From a virus: a stretch of 64,000 nucleotides of DNA. Both the position numbers and the translations under genes were made by a program. Shown piece by piece: positions 1 through 10,200 of the stretch. The notes below the pieces were generated by a model that did no database searches, had not been told where the DNA came from, and saw only the letters and a list, made by a program, of their open reading frames with translations. The DNA lies in IMG/VR virus record IMGVR_UViG_3300042887_005324, positions 110,042 through 174,041 of that record. One strand, given 5' to 3'. The first letter of the stretch is position 1, and every line of letters starts with the position of its first letter.

Positions 1-1
1 C

Positions 2-331
2 ACATTTAGAGACAAAATATTGGTAAAGGGTTTATCACCAAAAACATTAAGTAAGAAAGCATATCATCCGGGTAGAATATATTTGGGATTTAATCTTCTG
101 ATAACTAAAAATTTAGCTTATCAGTTTGAATATAAAGGAGAATATGTCTTATTTGAAATCGACACAGAAAAAATAGGAGTAAATAATCTAAAATTAAAAG
201 ATTATATTCAGATCTATGATGATCCAGATTTTCCTAAAAATGGCTGCTATACAAATGAAAATATACCTCCAAATTGTATAAAAGAAATTTTAAAATTTAA
301 AAATACTAACGATGAAACAAAAGGTTTATAA
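2..331 (+). CDS. 5'-truncated protein with ADP-ribosyltransferase-like (Tpt1/KptA C-domain-like) fold
   Basis: Frame is open from base 2; pattern I-L-x-K-GL-x-P...RIYL...VLFEID...NGCYTNENIPPNCI resembles the NAD-binding ART domain of Tpt1/KptA-type proteins. Confidence 0.45.
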   Translation, partial: TFRDKILVKGLSPKTLSKKAYHPGRIYLGFNLLITKNLAYQFEYKGEYVLFEIDTEKIGVNNLKLKDYIQIYDDPDFPKNGCYTNENIPPNCIKEILKFKNTNDETKGL

Positions 332-509
332 TATTTTGCGAGAAAAGAATATTGACTATAAAAAATTCAATATTGATACATTATGTGATGCGGGTATTAA
401 TAACATTGTAAACAACATAGAGTTTTATTTTGATAAACCTTATTCATGTGAGTCAGTTTTCAAAGAACTATTTACAAGGGGAGTAATTAATTATATAAAT
501 TCTAAGTAA
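312..509 (+). CDS. hypothetical protein (65 aa)
   Basis: ATG ORF overlapping the upstream gene and followed by a terminator. Confidence 0.6.
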   Translation: MKQKVYNILREKNIDYKKFNIDTLCDAGINNIVNNIEFYFDKPYSCESVFKELFTRGVINYINSK

Positions 510-513
510 AAAG

Positions 514-543
514 AAAACCTCAGATTAATCTGAGGTTTTTTTT
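514..543. terminator. bidirectional intrinsic terminator
   Basis: AAAACCTCAGAT-TA-ATCTGAGGTTTT inverted repeat with A/T tracts between convergent genes. Confidence 0.8.
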
Positions 544-995
544 ATTGAAGATATTTTATGTCTAAATATTATAAAAGACCAGAAAAATACTAAAAGTAAA
601 TTATAGAAATAATTAAACCATTCTATATTATAGACTGTCTTCAAAAAAATATCAATAATTAGAAATGAAATTATCAGAAATATAAGATACTTAAAGAATG
701 TATTAAAGGTATCTTTAAGTAAGTATAATTTTAATTTATTAATCTTTGAAAATAAACTATATTTTGTAAGAGTGTCGAGTTTTTGATGTCTATAACATTT
801 CTTACAAAGTTGATAGTTACTTTTATTCTGAGATAATATCAAGAGCTTTTGATGTATATCCAGTTCAATTATTTCTTTACAAGAATAACACTTTTCGCCT
901 AATTTTAGTTCAAAAGTAATATATTCACTTTTACGAGCAAGCATTGAGTAATAAATAGCAAAGAATAAAGGAATTAAAATAGTAAGGATAATCAT
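525..995 (-). CDS. membrane protein with CxxC...CxxC zinc finger
   Basis: N-terminal and two C-terminal hydrophobic helices; CYSC and CKKC. Confidence 0.65.
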   Translation of the reverse strand: MIILTILIPLFFAIYYSMLARKSEYITFELKLGEKCYSCKEIIELDIHQKLLILSQNKSNYQLCKKCYRHQKLDTLTKYSLFSKINKLKLYLLKDTFNTFFKYLIFLIISFLIIDIFLKTVYNIEWFNYFYNLLLVFFWSFIIFRHKISSIKKTSD

Positions 996-1444
996 TTCAA
1001 AAGTGAATTTAACAAATGATTTCTTTTTTCAACTTTATTGATAGTCTTAAAACATTCTGGTCCGAATCCTGTTTCAATAGATTCTGGAACAGTTAATTGT
1101 CTACCACATTTACCACATTTACCATCGTGGTAAATCTCAATTAGTTCTGATAGTTGATTTTTTTGTAATTTATCAATTACATAAGTAAAAACTTTAACAG
1201 ATTGTGAGTCTTGTTTAATATGAGATTTAATTGAATGTTTATAAACATTGTTTTTAACTGATCCGATAAATGTATAGGTATCGGGATTAGTCAAAACATT
1301 GACAAAGTAAAGATCGTATATTTTATGTTTGACTACTTTATAGGTGAATCTATTTTCGGTACTAGTATTTAAGAAAGTAACAAAAGATTTACCACCAAAG
1401 ATAAAGTTTAAGGCTGATTCGTGTTTTATTATTCCAGATACCAT
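992..1444 (-). CDS. DUF6011-like zinc-finger protein
   Basis: C-terminal CGKCGRQLTVPESIETGFGPEC; start reassigned to ATG 1444, downstream of a TATATTTG promoter. Confidence 0.7.
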   Translation of the reverse strand: MVSGIIKHESALNFIFGGKSFVTFLNTSTENRFTYKVVKHKIYDLYFVNVLTNPDTYTFIGSVKNNVYKHSIKSHIKQDSQSVKVFTYVIDKLQKNQLSELIEIYHDGKCGKCGRQLTVPESIETGFGPECFKTINKVEKRNHLLNSLLK

Positions 1445-1463
1445 ATTATTTATGATTAGATTA

Positions 1464-1471
1464 CAAATATA
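1464..1471 (-). promoter_or_regulatory. Bacteroidota sigma-A -7 element (TAnnTTTG)
   Basis: TATATTTG on the minus strand 19 nt before ATG 1444. Confidence 0.6.
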
Positions 1472-1524
1472 ACTAAAATTTTTCAAAGAAAAAAGGAAAA
1501 CATGAGAAGTTTATAAATAATATT

Positions 1525-2223
1525 ATGAAATATAATCTTATTGGAATTGACCCTTCATTGATTTCTACTGGTGTAGTTATTAATGGTAAAATGTTTAATT
1601 ATTGTCGTGAAAGTGATGCTACTTTATCTAAAGGAGGATTTAGTAAATGGTTCAAGCTTTGTGAAGGCAAAATAGAGTTAAGATATATTAAATATCGTGA
1701 ATTTGAAAATTATTCAGAGGGTGAACTAACTAAATTAAAAGATTATGATTTTATAACTGATATGATCATTTCTGACATTGAAAAGAATATTGATAAGTCT
1801 TTAGAAAGTAAAGTAGCAATTGAGGGTTATAATTTTGGAGCACAAGTAGGTGATTTAATTGATTTAGTTACTTTTTCAACATTACTCAGAAAAAAGATTT
1901 ACGATTATATTACTAAAGACATTACTGTTTTATCGCCATCTACCTTAAAACAAGAATCATGTAAGTTAACTTATAATCCAGTTGATATTGGTAAGAAAAA
2001 ACCAAAATTAGAATGGAGAAATCATTTTGGGATTTCTGGAGGTAATTTCACAAAAAGAGAAATCTTTTTATCAATTGTTGAAAATAGTAATTGGACAGAT
2101 GAATGGGCACTACATTGTAAGGATATACAAGTAGATTTATTAGAAAATAAGACTATTAAAAAACCTTATGAAGATGTCAATGATGCTTATATTCTTTGGC
2201 AGTATTTAAATAAAATCAGTTAA
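1525..2223 (+). CDS. RuvC-like Holliday junction resolvase
   Basis: IGIDPSLISTG, VAIEGY and C-terminal DVNDA acidic RNase H-fold motifs. Confidence 0.75.
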   Translation: MKYNLIGIDPSLISTGVVINGKMFNYCRESDATLSKGGFSKWFKLCEGKIELRYIKYREFENYSEGELTKLKDYDFITDMIISDIEKNIDKSLESKVAIEGYNFGAQVGDLIDLVTFSTLLRKKIYDYITKDITVLSPSTLKQESCKLTYNPVDIGKKKPKLEWRNHFGISGGNFTKREIFLSIVENSNWTDEWALHCKDIQVDLLENKTIKKPYEDVNDAYILWQYLNKIS

Positions 2224-2249
2224 AAAGTTAATAACTTTTTCGACTTCGA

Positions 2250-2555
2250 CTAAAAGCCATAGTCATTTAATAGTTCGATTAATCTATCTTTAAAATCTGT
2301 TTTACCATGTTGAGAAGACAGTATACCTTGAATAGTTCTATCAGCTAAAACTTTTCTTTCTTCGACTTGCTCATCTAGCTGTTTTTGTTTCATAGATTTT
2401 TCTTCAAGTTCAGAAAGGTATTTACCAGAAGTTTCTTTTCTTCTTTTTTCGATTTCTTCCAATCTTGCTTTTTCGAAGTCTTCTCTTGCCTTTTGTTGAA
2501 GTTCAAGTTGTCTTTTATAATCGAGTTCTTCGTTGAATTTAGATAAATGTTTCAT
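2250..2555 (-). CDS. coiled-coil protein with capsid-targeting-like N-terminus (putative internal head protein)
   Basis: MKHLSKFNEE start; charged helical body; AAATATATA motif 4 nt before ATG. Confidence 0.55.
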   Translation of the reverse strand: MKHLSKFNEELDYKRQLELQQKAREDFEKARLEEIEKRRKETSGKYLSELEEKSMKQKQLDEQVEERKVLADRTIQGILSSQHGKTDFKDRLIELLNDYGF

Positions 2556-2586
2556 ATTGTATATATTTAGTTTTAATATTAAAAAA

Positions 2587-5082
2587 TTATCGTCCTGGTA
2601 CTACAAAACTTGGATCTACTGGAGTATTACCAGTTAAAGGAGTTGATAGGAAATGACCGTGTAAAAGGCCTTTAGGTGATCCGTTTGGTAGATTATTGTA
2701 ATAATAAACTCCTTGTAAGTTGAAATTGGTTCCAGTAAGAGAAGTAATACTTTCGTTATTATTAATTATTAATCTACCTGGCTGAGCATCAATATTTCTT
2801 ACAACAGAAACATTTCTTACATTTACAAATTTAGCAAATTTTTCACCACCGTTATTTTCTTCTTCTTGAAACCAAACATAAAAGAAACTTGCACCAGTTG
2901 TAGTAGTGATGTTGCAAAATCTATCTGGTCTTCCAGTAAAAAACTCATCCATAATAAGTGTAGCACCAGGAACTACTAAAACATTTTCTAACGGACATCT
3001 GTTGAATCCAATTAGTCGAGTTGAGTTAAGTCTAAGAGTAGCGTTTCGACTAATAACTCTACCTCTATTATAAGTTAAAGTACCACTGTAACTAAATGTT
3101 TTACCAGCTTGAAATGTCACTGATTCAGCGTCTATTATAATAGGTAAACTAAAACTTGGAGTTGAAGTAGCTTGATTGTCTATTGTAACTTCACCAACTA
3201 AATAGATTGATGATGTTCCAGAAAAGCTTGGAGCACTACCAGTAAGTATTAAACTTCTAAATAAGTATATTGGATTAACATTAATACTAGTTAGTGTGGT
3301 TGTTACACCCATAGAAAGTGTCCTAGCTTTTACTATTGATGTAAAATTATGTACACCATTTATCAATGTCAAATTGTTTAATAATATTTCACCTGGACTA
3401 AAAGTTACTATATTATTGGCATATTTTGTCATTGTATTGTTATTAGTAAAGGCATCAACATACCCTTTTATCCATTCAAAATTGTGAACAGCAAAATAAC
3501 TACCACCCAGTGTTATAACACCATTGGTATCAATTACAACACCTTGTGTTGCTCCGTATCCAGTCAGAAAACTAGAAATAGTAAGTGTTCCAGTACCAAC
3601 CATTCGAATGACTGTTTGATAAATATTTGATGACCCAGTGACTTGGAAACTACCAGCAACATAAATAGTATTATTAGAACTTGTTATTCCTATTATTGAA
3701 CTTGTAAGTAAGCTACCAGTCAGATAAAGATCACCTCTAGTTATTAACTGATGTGAACCACCGCCACCAGCGTATGTTATGTTAGCAAAAGTCATACCTG
3801 GAGTATCAAAAATTGTAGTATTAGTAGTCATAACTATTGTACTATTAGTGGTAACAAGGTTTCCCGCAACATATCGTAATGTTCCACCATCAAAGTAAAC
3901 TGTTCCGGATATTCTTCTAGTACCTGATGTATTGAATTCGATTAAACCTCTATTTCTAAAAGTAGTACCACCATTCCCCAAAACACTTCCAACACTCCAA
4001 GTACCTGTGCCAACAAGTTTTATATCCGCTCCTCCTGCTAATCTTGTAGCGTTCCCCCATTGTTGTAGATTTTGATTGACCGAGATTGTTAAACCAGTTG
4101 GTAAGAGACTACAGTTCAGAGTTGTTGAGCCAATATCAAAATTGAGAACATCTAATGAGTTTGGTAAAGTAAGTGTTTGACCAGTATTATTATAATAAAG
4201 ACTTCCAGTGAGATTATTATTAGCATCAGTAAAAAGTAAACTATAAGTTCCAAGAGAGAATGAATGTAAAGCTCCACTGCTTCCTAAAGCTAAGTAACCA
4301 CCGATTCTTATATTATTATTCGATGTTAAAACTCCTCCCAGGTTCCAGTTAACTATATTAAAAACTGGATTAAAATTTACAAATGACATAGAACCATATA
4401 AGTGAAAAGTTGTAGTTGTTGGTGGTGCTATTGTACCAGAAACAACAGTAATGGTTGGTCCACCATATCGAACAGTTGAACCAAAAGAAAAAGTACCAGA
4501 AGAATTTATATTTACCGGTAATCGAAAATAACTTGTACCAGAAGTGTGTGACCAGCTACTACTTGCTACAATTCGTGTGGTTCCAGATGGTACTACACCA
4601 GCGGATGGTTGACTATCAATATTGGTACAAGATATTGTAAATCCATTTATTGTGGCACCGGATACTTGACTTGATATAGTGAGTGTTGTAGTTCTCCAAT
4701 CATCTAATAAATTACTGTTGGTACCACCTCTAAATTGTAATGATGGGAAAAAAACTCTATTTGACCTAAAATTACCGCTACCATTTATAGTAAAGAAATT
4801 TGCACCAGCTATACTCATGGTTTGACTACCGGTGAAACCATTATTCACAGATAAAGGTTGTGTTAAAGTGAGTGTACCTGAATAACGAGTACAATCTAAA
4901 GTTCTGACTGTGAATCCTCCTGCGACATTGCTTGTAACATTACCACTTGCTGCTTCAAATATGACATCATCTGTTGATACAGGTGTGCCAGTCACTCCAG
5001 TATAGGTAGGAGATGGTGTACTACTCCAACTTGAGGTAGCGTTCCAGTTTGTAGATGTATTTCTAAGGTAATATAGTGCCAT
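2587..5082 (-). CDS. putative beta-helical virion/tail-spike protein (831 aa)
   Basis: T/S/G/N-rich beta-repeat sequence; N-terminal WNATSSWS...PVSTDDVIF; lies in the fibre gene cluster. Confidence 0.55.
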   Translation of the reverse strand: MALYYLRNTSTNWNATSSWSSTPSPTYTGVTGTPVSTDDVIFEAASGNVTSNVAGGFTVRTLDCTRYSGTLTLTQPLSVNNGFTGSQTMSIAGANFFTINGSGNFRSNRVFFPSLQFRGGTNSNLLDDWRTTTLTISSQVSGATINGFTISCTNIDSQPSAGVVPSGTTRIVASSSWSHTSGTSYFRLPVNINSSGTFSFGSTVRYGGPTITVVSGTIAPPTTTTFHLYGSMSFVNFNPVFNIVNWNLGGVLTSNNNIRIGGYLALGSSGALHSFSLGTYSLLFTDANNNLTGSLYYNNTGQTLTLPNSLDVLNFDIGSTTLNCSLLPTGLTISVNQNLQQWGNATRLAGGADIKLVGTGTWSVGSVLGNGGTTFRNRGLIEFNTSGTRRISGTVYFDGGTLRYVAGNLVTTNSTIVMTTNTTIFDTPGMTFANITYAGGGGSHQLITRGDLYLTGSLLTSSIIGITSSNNTIYVAGSFQVTGSSNIYQTVIRMVGTGTLTISSFLTGYGATQGVVIDTNGVITLGGSYFAVHNFEWIKGYVDAFTNNNTMTKYANNIVTFSPGEILLNNLTLINGVHNFTSIVKARTLSMGVTTTLTSINVNPIYLFRSLILTGSAPSFSGTSSIYLVGEVTIDNQATSTPSFSLPIIIDAESVTFQAGKTFSYSGTLTYNRGRVISRNATLRLNSTRLIGFNRCPLENVLVVPGATLIMDEFFTGRPDRFCNITTTTGASFFYVWFQEEENNGGEKFAKFVNVRNVSVVRNIDAQPGRLIINNNESITSLTGTNFNLQGVYYYNNLPNGSPKGLLHGHFLSTPLTGNTPVDPSFVVPGR

Positions 5083-5087
5083 ATCTA

Positions 5088-5510
5088 TTAGTAGTCACCC
5101 GCATAAGCTAAGGCATCAAATTGGTCTTGTGCACCAGCATAAATAGATTGACCTACTAACATTGATTGACCAGAAAGTAAGATTATTGGTTGATCGAAAG
5201 TAAATATTGAAGTTGCTCCAACAGCTGTTGTGCTTCTTGTAGCGGCAGAAGTAACAACTTCACCCACTAATCTGTTATTACTTCCAGTTGTACTATTAAT
5301 AAAAATTCTATGAACCATGTTAGAAGAAGCAGTTGCTGATGATGCTTGTGAGTTTCTAAATCTGACTCCATCAATTCTAGTACCATCGACACCTGATGTA
5401 ACTACTGTAAAAAGTGTACCACTACCGTCAGATGCTGTATTAGCAGTTGTTAATCTAGCTGGTGTAAAGTTACCTTGTTTGATGAAAATTGGTGATGTAT
5501 TAGCTGGCAT
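5088..5510 (-). CDS. small virion/fibre-associated protein
   Basis: 140 aa, T/S/A-rich beta protein in the fibre operon. Confidence 0.55.
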   Translation of the reverse strand: MPANTSPIFIKQGNFTPARLTTANTASDGSGTLFTVVTSGVDGTRIDGVRFRNSQASSATASSNMVHRIFINSTTGSNNRLVGEVVTSAATRSTTAVGATSIFTFDQPIILLSGQSMLVGQSIYAGAQDQFDALAYAGDY

Positions 5511-5515
5511 AATTT

Positions 5516-5767
5516 TTATCTATTTCCATTTATGTAATCAATTAATTCTTGATCACTACTTTCTCTTATTGTTATTGTCATTATTTCATTTTCAACGAAT
5601 CTTAATATTCTGATTTGTTGAATACCTATTGGTTTAGCAGAACCAGTTGTTTCAATCGATTCATATCTACCTTCTGGTAAAAAAGTACAACTAAGTGAAT
5701 ATGTCACTTCTTCAGGATAGGGTCTTGACTCAATCACAAACCCATCAGGTGCGGTATATTTCATCAT
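5516..5767 (-). CDS. hypothetical protein (possible fibre assembly factor)
   Basis: 83 aa ORF in the fibre cluster, AATATATA motif upstream. Confidence 0.55.
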   Translation of the reverse strand: MMKYTAPDGFVIESRPYPEEVTYSLSCTFLPEGRYESIETTGSAKPIGIQQIRILRFVENEIMTITIRESSDQELIDYINGNR

Positions 5768-5793
5768 AACTTATATATTGTATTTTTTATTTT

Positions 5794-7179
5794 TCATATA
5801 AAATTATAGTAATTAAATAAATTTGTTGCTGGTGAAACCCCTGCTGGGCCGATATTTCCTTGAGGACCAGTAGGACCTTGAGGACCAGAACCTTGAGGAC
5901 CAGTAGGCCCTTGAGATCCAGTTGAACCTAAACCAGATGTTCCTTGTGGTCCAGTTGGACCTTGTGAGCCATTGGCACCAGATGAACCTTGAGGTCCAGT
6001 AGGACCCTGTGTGCCTAAACCTTGTGGTCCGGTTGGTCCTTGAATACCGGTATCTCCTTGACTACCCTGAGATCCTGTTGGTCCTTGGAATCCTTGGAGT
6101 CCTTGAGGACCAATGACACCAGAAGAAACGATTGATAAGATAATTGGGTGATTTAGTGGTACAGAATAGGTTCCGCTTACTAAATTAACTGGAAAAGTTA
6201 AATAACTATTATAGATTACAGAGGGTGTACTAGAAATTATCCATTGTTGAAAGTTTGCAGAATCGTTTGAATCTTGGATTGTTAAGTAATCATTTATTTT
6301 AAGTAAGGCCAAGAAAATATCAACATCAATATTGTCGACAGTAAGATGTGAAACATAAATTGTGTTTGAAGCAGTCTGTGTTGAATTACTCCAAGAAATA
6401 GAACCAGTTGCAGGTGGCACAGAGGTAGCACCACCTACATAATTATAAAATGAAGTTGATTGTCCATTTGCTCCTTGAAATCCTTGAGGTCCAGTTGGTC
6501 CTTGAAAACCTTGGTATCCCTGATCACCCTGAAAACCTTGAGGACCTTGATCACCTTGAAATCCAATATCTCCTTGTGGTCCTTGATCACCCTGAAAACC
6601 TTGAGGACCTTGATCGCCTTGAAATCCAACATCTCCTTGTGGTCCTTGATCGCCTTGAAATCCAACATCTCCTTGTGGTCCTACTGGACCTTGATCTCCC
6701 TGAGGACCTTGATCACCTTGTAAACCTTGAGGACCAACATCACCTTGTACACCTTGAGGTCCTTGATCACCTTGTGGTCCTGGATCACCTTGTGGACCTT
6801 GAAACCCTTGATCACCCTGAAATCCCTGAGGGCCTTGATCGCCTTGTGGTCCAGTTGGTCCTTGACTTCCCGAACCTGTTCCACCACCTGCTGGTCCCTG
6901 TGGACCCTGAAATCCTTGTGGTCCGGTCGATCCCACACCAGTCGGACCTTGAAATCCCTGAGGACCGGTTGTTCCCTGAGGACCAGTTGCTCCTTGACTA
7001 CCAGAGCCAGTCCCACCTCCACCACCTGAACCCTGAGGTCCAGTCGGACCCTGAAAACCCTGTGGTCCCGAAGCAGTAGAAACAGTCAAAACCCAACCAT
7101 ATCCATTAAAAATAAATAGATTTCCATTGAATGAATATGTTTGACCAGATGAAGGTGGATTCGGGAAATTAATTGCCAT
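5794..7179 (-). CDS. collagen-like fibre protein (461 aa)
   Basis: MAINFPNPPSSGQTY N-terminus; long G-X-Y tracts (GPQ/GFQ/GDQ/GPT) around a globular domain. Confidence 0.85.
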   Translation of the reverse strand: MAINFPNPPSSGQTYSFNGNLFIFNGYGWVLTVSTASGPQGFQGPTGPQGSGGGGGTGSGSQGATGPQGTTGPQGFQGPTGVGSTGPQGFQGPQGPAGGGTGSGSQGPTGPQGDQGPQGFQGDQGFQGPQGDPGPQGDQGPQGVQGDVGPQGLQGDQGPQGDQGPVGPQGDVGFQGDQGPQGDVGFQGDQGPQGFQGDQGPQGDIGFQGDQGPQGFQGDQGYQGFQGPTGPQGFQGANGQSTSFYNYVGGATSVPPATGSISWSNSTQTASNTIYVSHLTVDNIDVDIFLALLKINDYLTIQDSNDSANFQQWIISSTPSVIYNSYLTFPVNLVSGTYSVPLNHPIILSIVSSGVIGPQGLQGFQGPTGSQGSQGDTGIQGPTGPQGLGTQGPTGPQGSSGANGSQGPTGPQGTSGLGSTGSQGPTGPQGSGPQGPTGPQGNIGPAGVSPATNLFNYYNFI

Positions 7180-7211
7180 ATCTTATTTATTAATTAAGTG
7201 GTTTTTCATTT

Positions 7212-10200
7212 TTAAGGTATAAATTGACTATCCCCGGTGATTGTAAATATTGTATATAAACCATCAGTTGATGTAGTATAGGTTCCAATGACAGTACTAT
7301 TTTGAGAAGTCAAAACACGTAATATAACTACACCATTACTACCATTGCCACCTTGACCGGTATTAGTAGCACCACCACCACCACCCATACCATAACCACC
7401 AGCACCATTTGTACCAGCACCTCCAGTTGTATTACCACCCTTACCACCAGTATTTCCAGTACCACCGGATGATTGAACGGATCCGTTACCCCCACCACCA
7501 CCACCACCAGCAGAGTAATAAGAAGATGTTCCGGTAATTGAACTTGTTTTACCAGCACCACCATCACCACCGGCTTGTGAAGTTTGTCCCTCTGTACCAA
7601 CTGCACCAGCACCACCTCCACCACCACAACCGAAAGTACTCAATCCTCTTGACTGACCACCACTGTTGTATGAATTAATAGTTTGAAATTCTATAGTTAC
7701 ATTATTGACACCAGATCCACCAGCAACTGTTCCACCAGAACCTGGAAAACCTGCTCCTCCACCAGAACCATTACCGTTTGAATTCCCAACAACTGCTGTA
7801 GATCCACTTGAGTTGAATCCACCACCACCACCTCCAGAACCCGTGATAGTGAAATTACTAGAAGTATATTTTACACCTTGTATATATGATGTACCACCAT
7901 TACCGCCAGCTCCTGTAGTAGTTGCTCCAGCTCCACCAGTTCCAACAATAACATCATAAACAAATCCTTTAGCAAATCCAGAAGTTCCTTCTACGAAGGC
8001 TCCACCACCTCCGCCACCACCCCAGTTGCATCCACCTCCGCCACCGCCACCAATGACTAGATATTGAACTGAAACGTATGAGTAAATTGGTGGCTTTACA
8101 AAATTACCTTGTAAATATGGACCAAATTGTTGACCTGTTTCAGTTGTAACATTACCTCCAGAACCTTGTAGACCATACATTTCAATATAATCAGTGATAC
8201 CATCCATAAAAATCATTGCACTAATCATTGTTCCAACACCATTAGTATTACAAGGAACCCTAACACCTCTTTTAAATTCATATCCATTTTTATAAAGTGA
8301 CATAATTTGTGAGCCAGCATTTGAGGCGTATGTGACAACACTGATATGACCATGAAACAGATAATAGCCTGCTAAAGTTGGCGTAAATCGATAGGTTGAA
8401 GTGCTGAATGCGTTATCAGAATCAAATTCTTCAGTATCTAAAGTTATTTTAGTTACTACATTGTTATTTAGTGTTGTCGCAACACTTCCATAAGCTGAAA
8501 ATGCAGGACCATCAAGTGCTTTGAAAGTGGCAATTTGATAAGTAGCGGCATTAAATGTAGTAGCGGATGCTAGATTGATTACTGAAATAGTACCAGCTGT
8601 GAGTGTATTGGTTATTGTTGCATTATTCGTTACTGATAATGAACCAGTTGCAGATATATTACCTAGAATAGATTGTGTACCTGAAGATAAAGTTCCTCTT
8701 AGATTTGAGTTTCCAGTAATAGTCAATGAACCAGTTGCACTAATATTTCCTAATACAGATTGTGTACCGGAAAATACATTACCAGTCAATATTGAGTTTC
8801 CAGACACATTCAAATTACTACTAATTGTAGTTGGTTGGAATAACAAAATTGAGTTTGTTCCAAATGTCGACATTGTGGTAGAACCAATACCACCAGTATA
8901 TAATGATATATTAGTGTTTGAACCAACTGATATTCTTCCATTACCAGTGATGAAGTCTGTAACGATTCCATTTGTAAAACTACTAGAATATGTAGAAGTT
9001 GACAGTAATCCACCTATGACACTATAGTTGCCATAACCATCCAAAGTAGAAACTAAAGTTGTACCAGCATACCATTTGTGTGAAGATCCTTGAGTATCAA
9101 CACCATACCATAATGTAGAAGGAGCCACACCAAACGCGTAACCAGCACTAGCAGTACCAATTGTTTCATATAAGACTATTTTACTACCAATACTTCTTGT
9201 CGTGAAGGTAGGTGGTGCAGAACCACCAAAATTAGTCATATTAATCCAGCCACCGTTTGCATTGTTACCAGTCAATGTAACTAAAGCTCCACCACTACTA
9301 GATGTTATAGTTATTGGTGAATTTATATTGACCATATTTGTTGTAAATGTGATACTACTTGTACTTGAAATAGCTGATGTTCCAGAATAAAAAGCAATTT
9401 GATTAGTAGTTCCATTATTTACAGTGTTTATAGATGACCAAGTTGTACCATTATAAAAACTATAAAGTGATAGATTTGTATCAAATACTAACAAACCAGC
9501 AGTAGCTGATACAATTGCATTTTTTTCAGAAGATAACATTCTTGGTGGTAAGAAACCTTTAGTTGTTGAATTTAATGTCAAAATAGAACTTGTAACTCCT
9601 AAGAATGTTCCCCCATTTTGCAACATCAAACTACCATCCACAAACATTAACATATTCGTTGTGGTGCTGTTTCTCCATTCAAAAAGTGGTCTTGTTGTGA
9701 CTAAACTACTACCATTTAATCTAGATTCAAATCTAGTTATTGATGTTGTCCCAATATCAGTGCCCGTCAATAAATCCGAAAGAATCCAAGTTGATGGATA
9801 ACCATTTGTATTAGATCTAGACCATATCGTTGGTGCAAAAATATTTGCTGTTTGAACTCCATTTGTAAAACGTACATATCCGTCTGTCGATGATACACCA
9901 TTTCCATACATTACAATAAAACTATTACCGGTTGAAGTCACTTCCAATGAATATGTTGAACCAGTACCGGTGATTCTTTGTCTACCAACTACATCTAAGT
10001 TAAAAGAAGGTGCAGTCATACCTATACCAACACTTCCAACAGAATCCACAACAAAAGGACTTGAATCTGGATTACTAGAGTCTTCAACAATAAGTGCATT
10101 TCCTGAACCTGTTTGTGTTATTCTTACCAAATCTGTTGAGGTCTCACCTGAAACTCTCAAACCAATTGTTGAACCGGTTGACGCATCTATATCTAATTTT

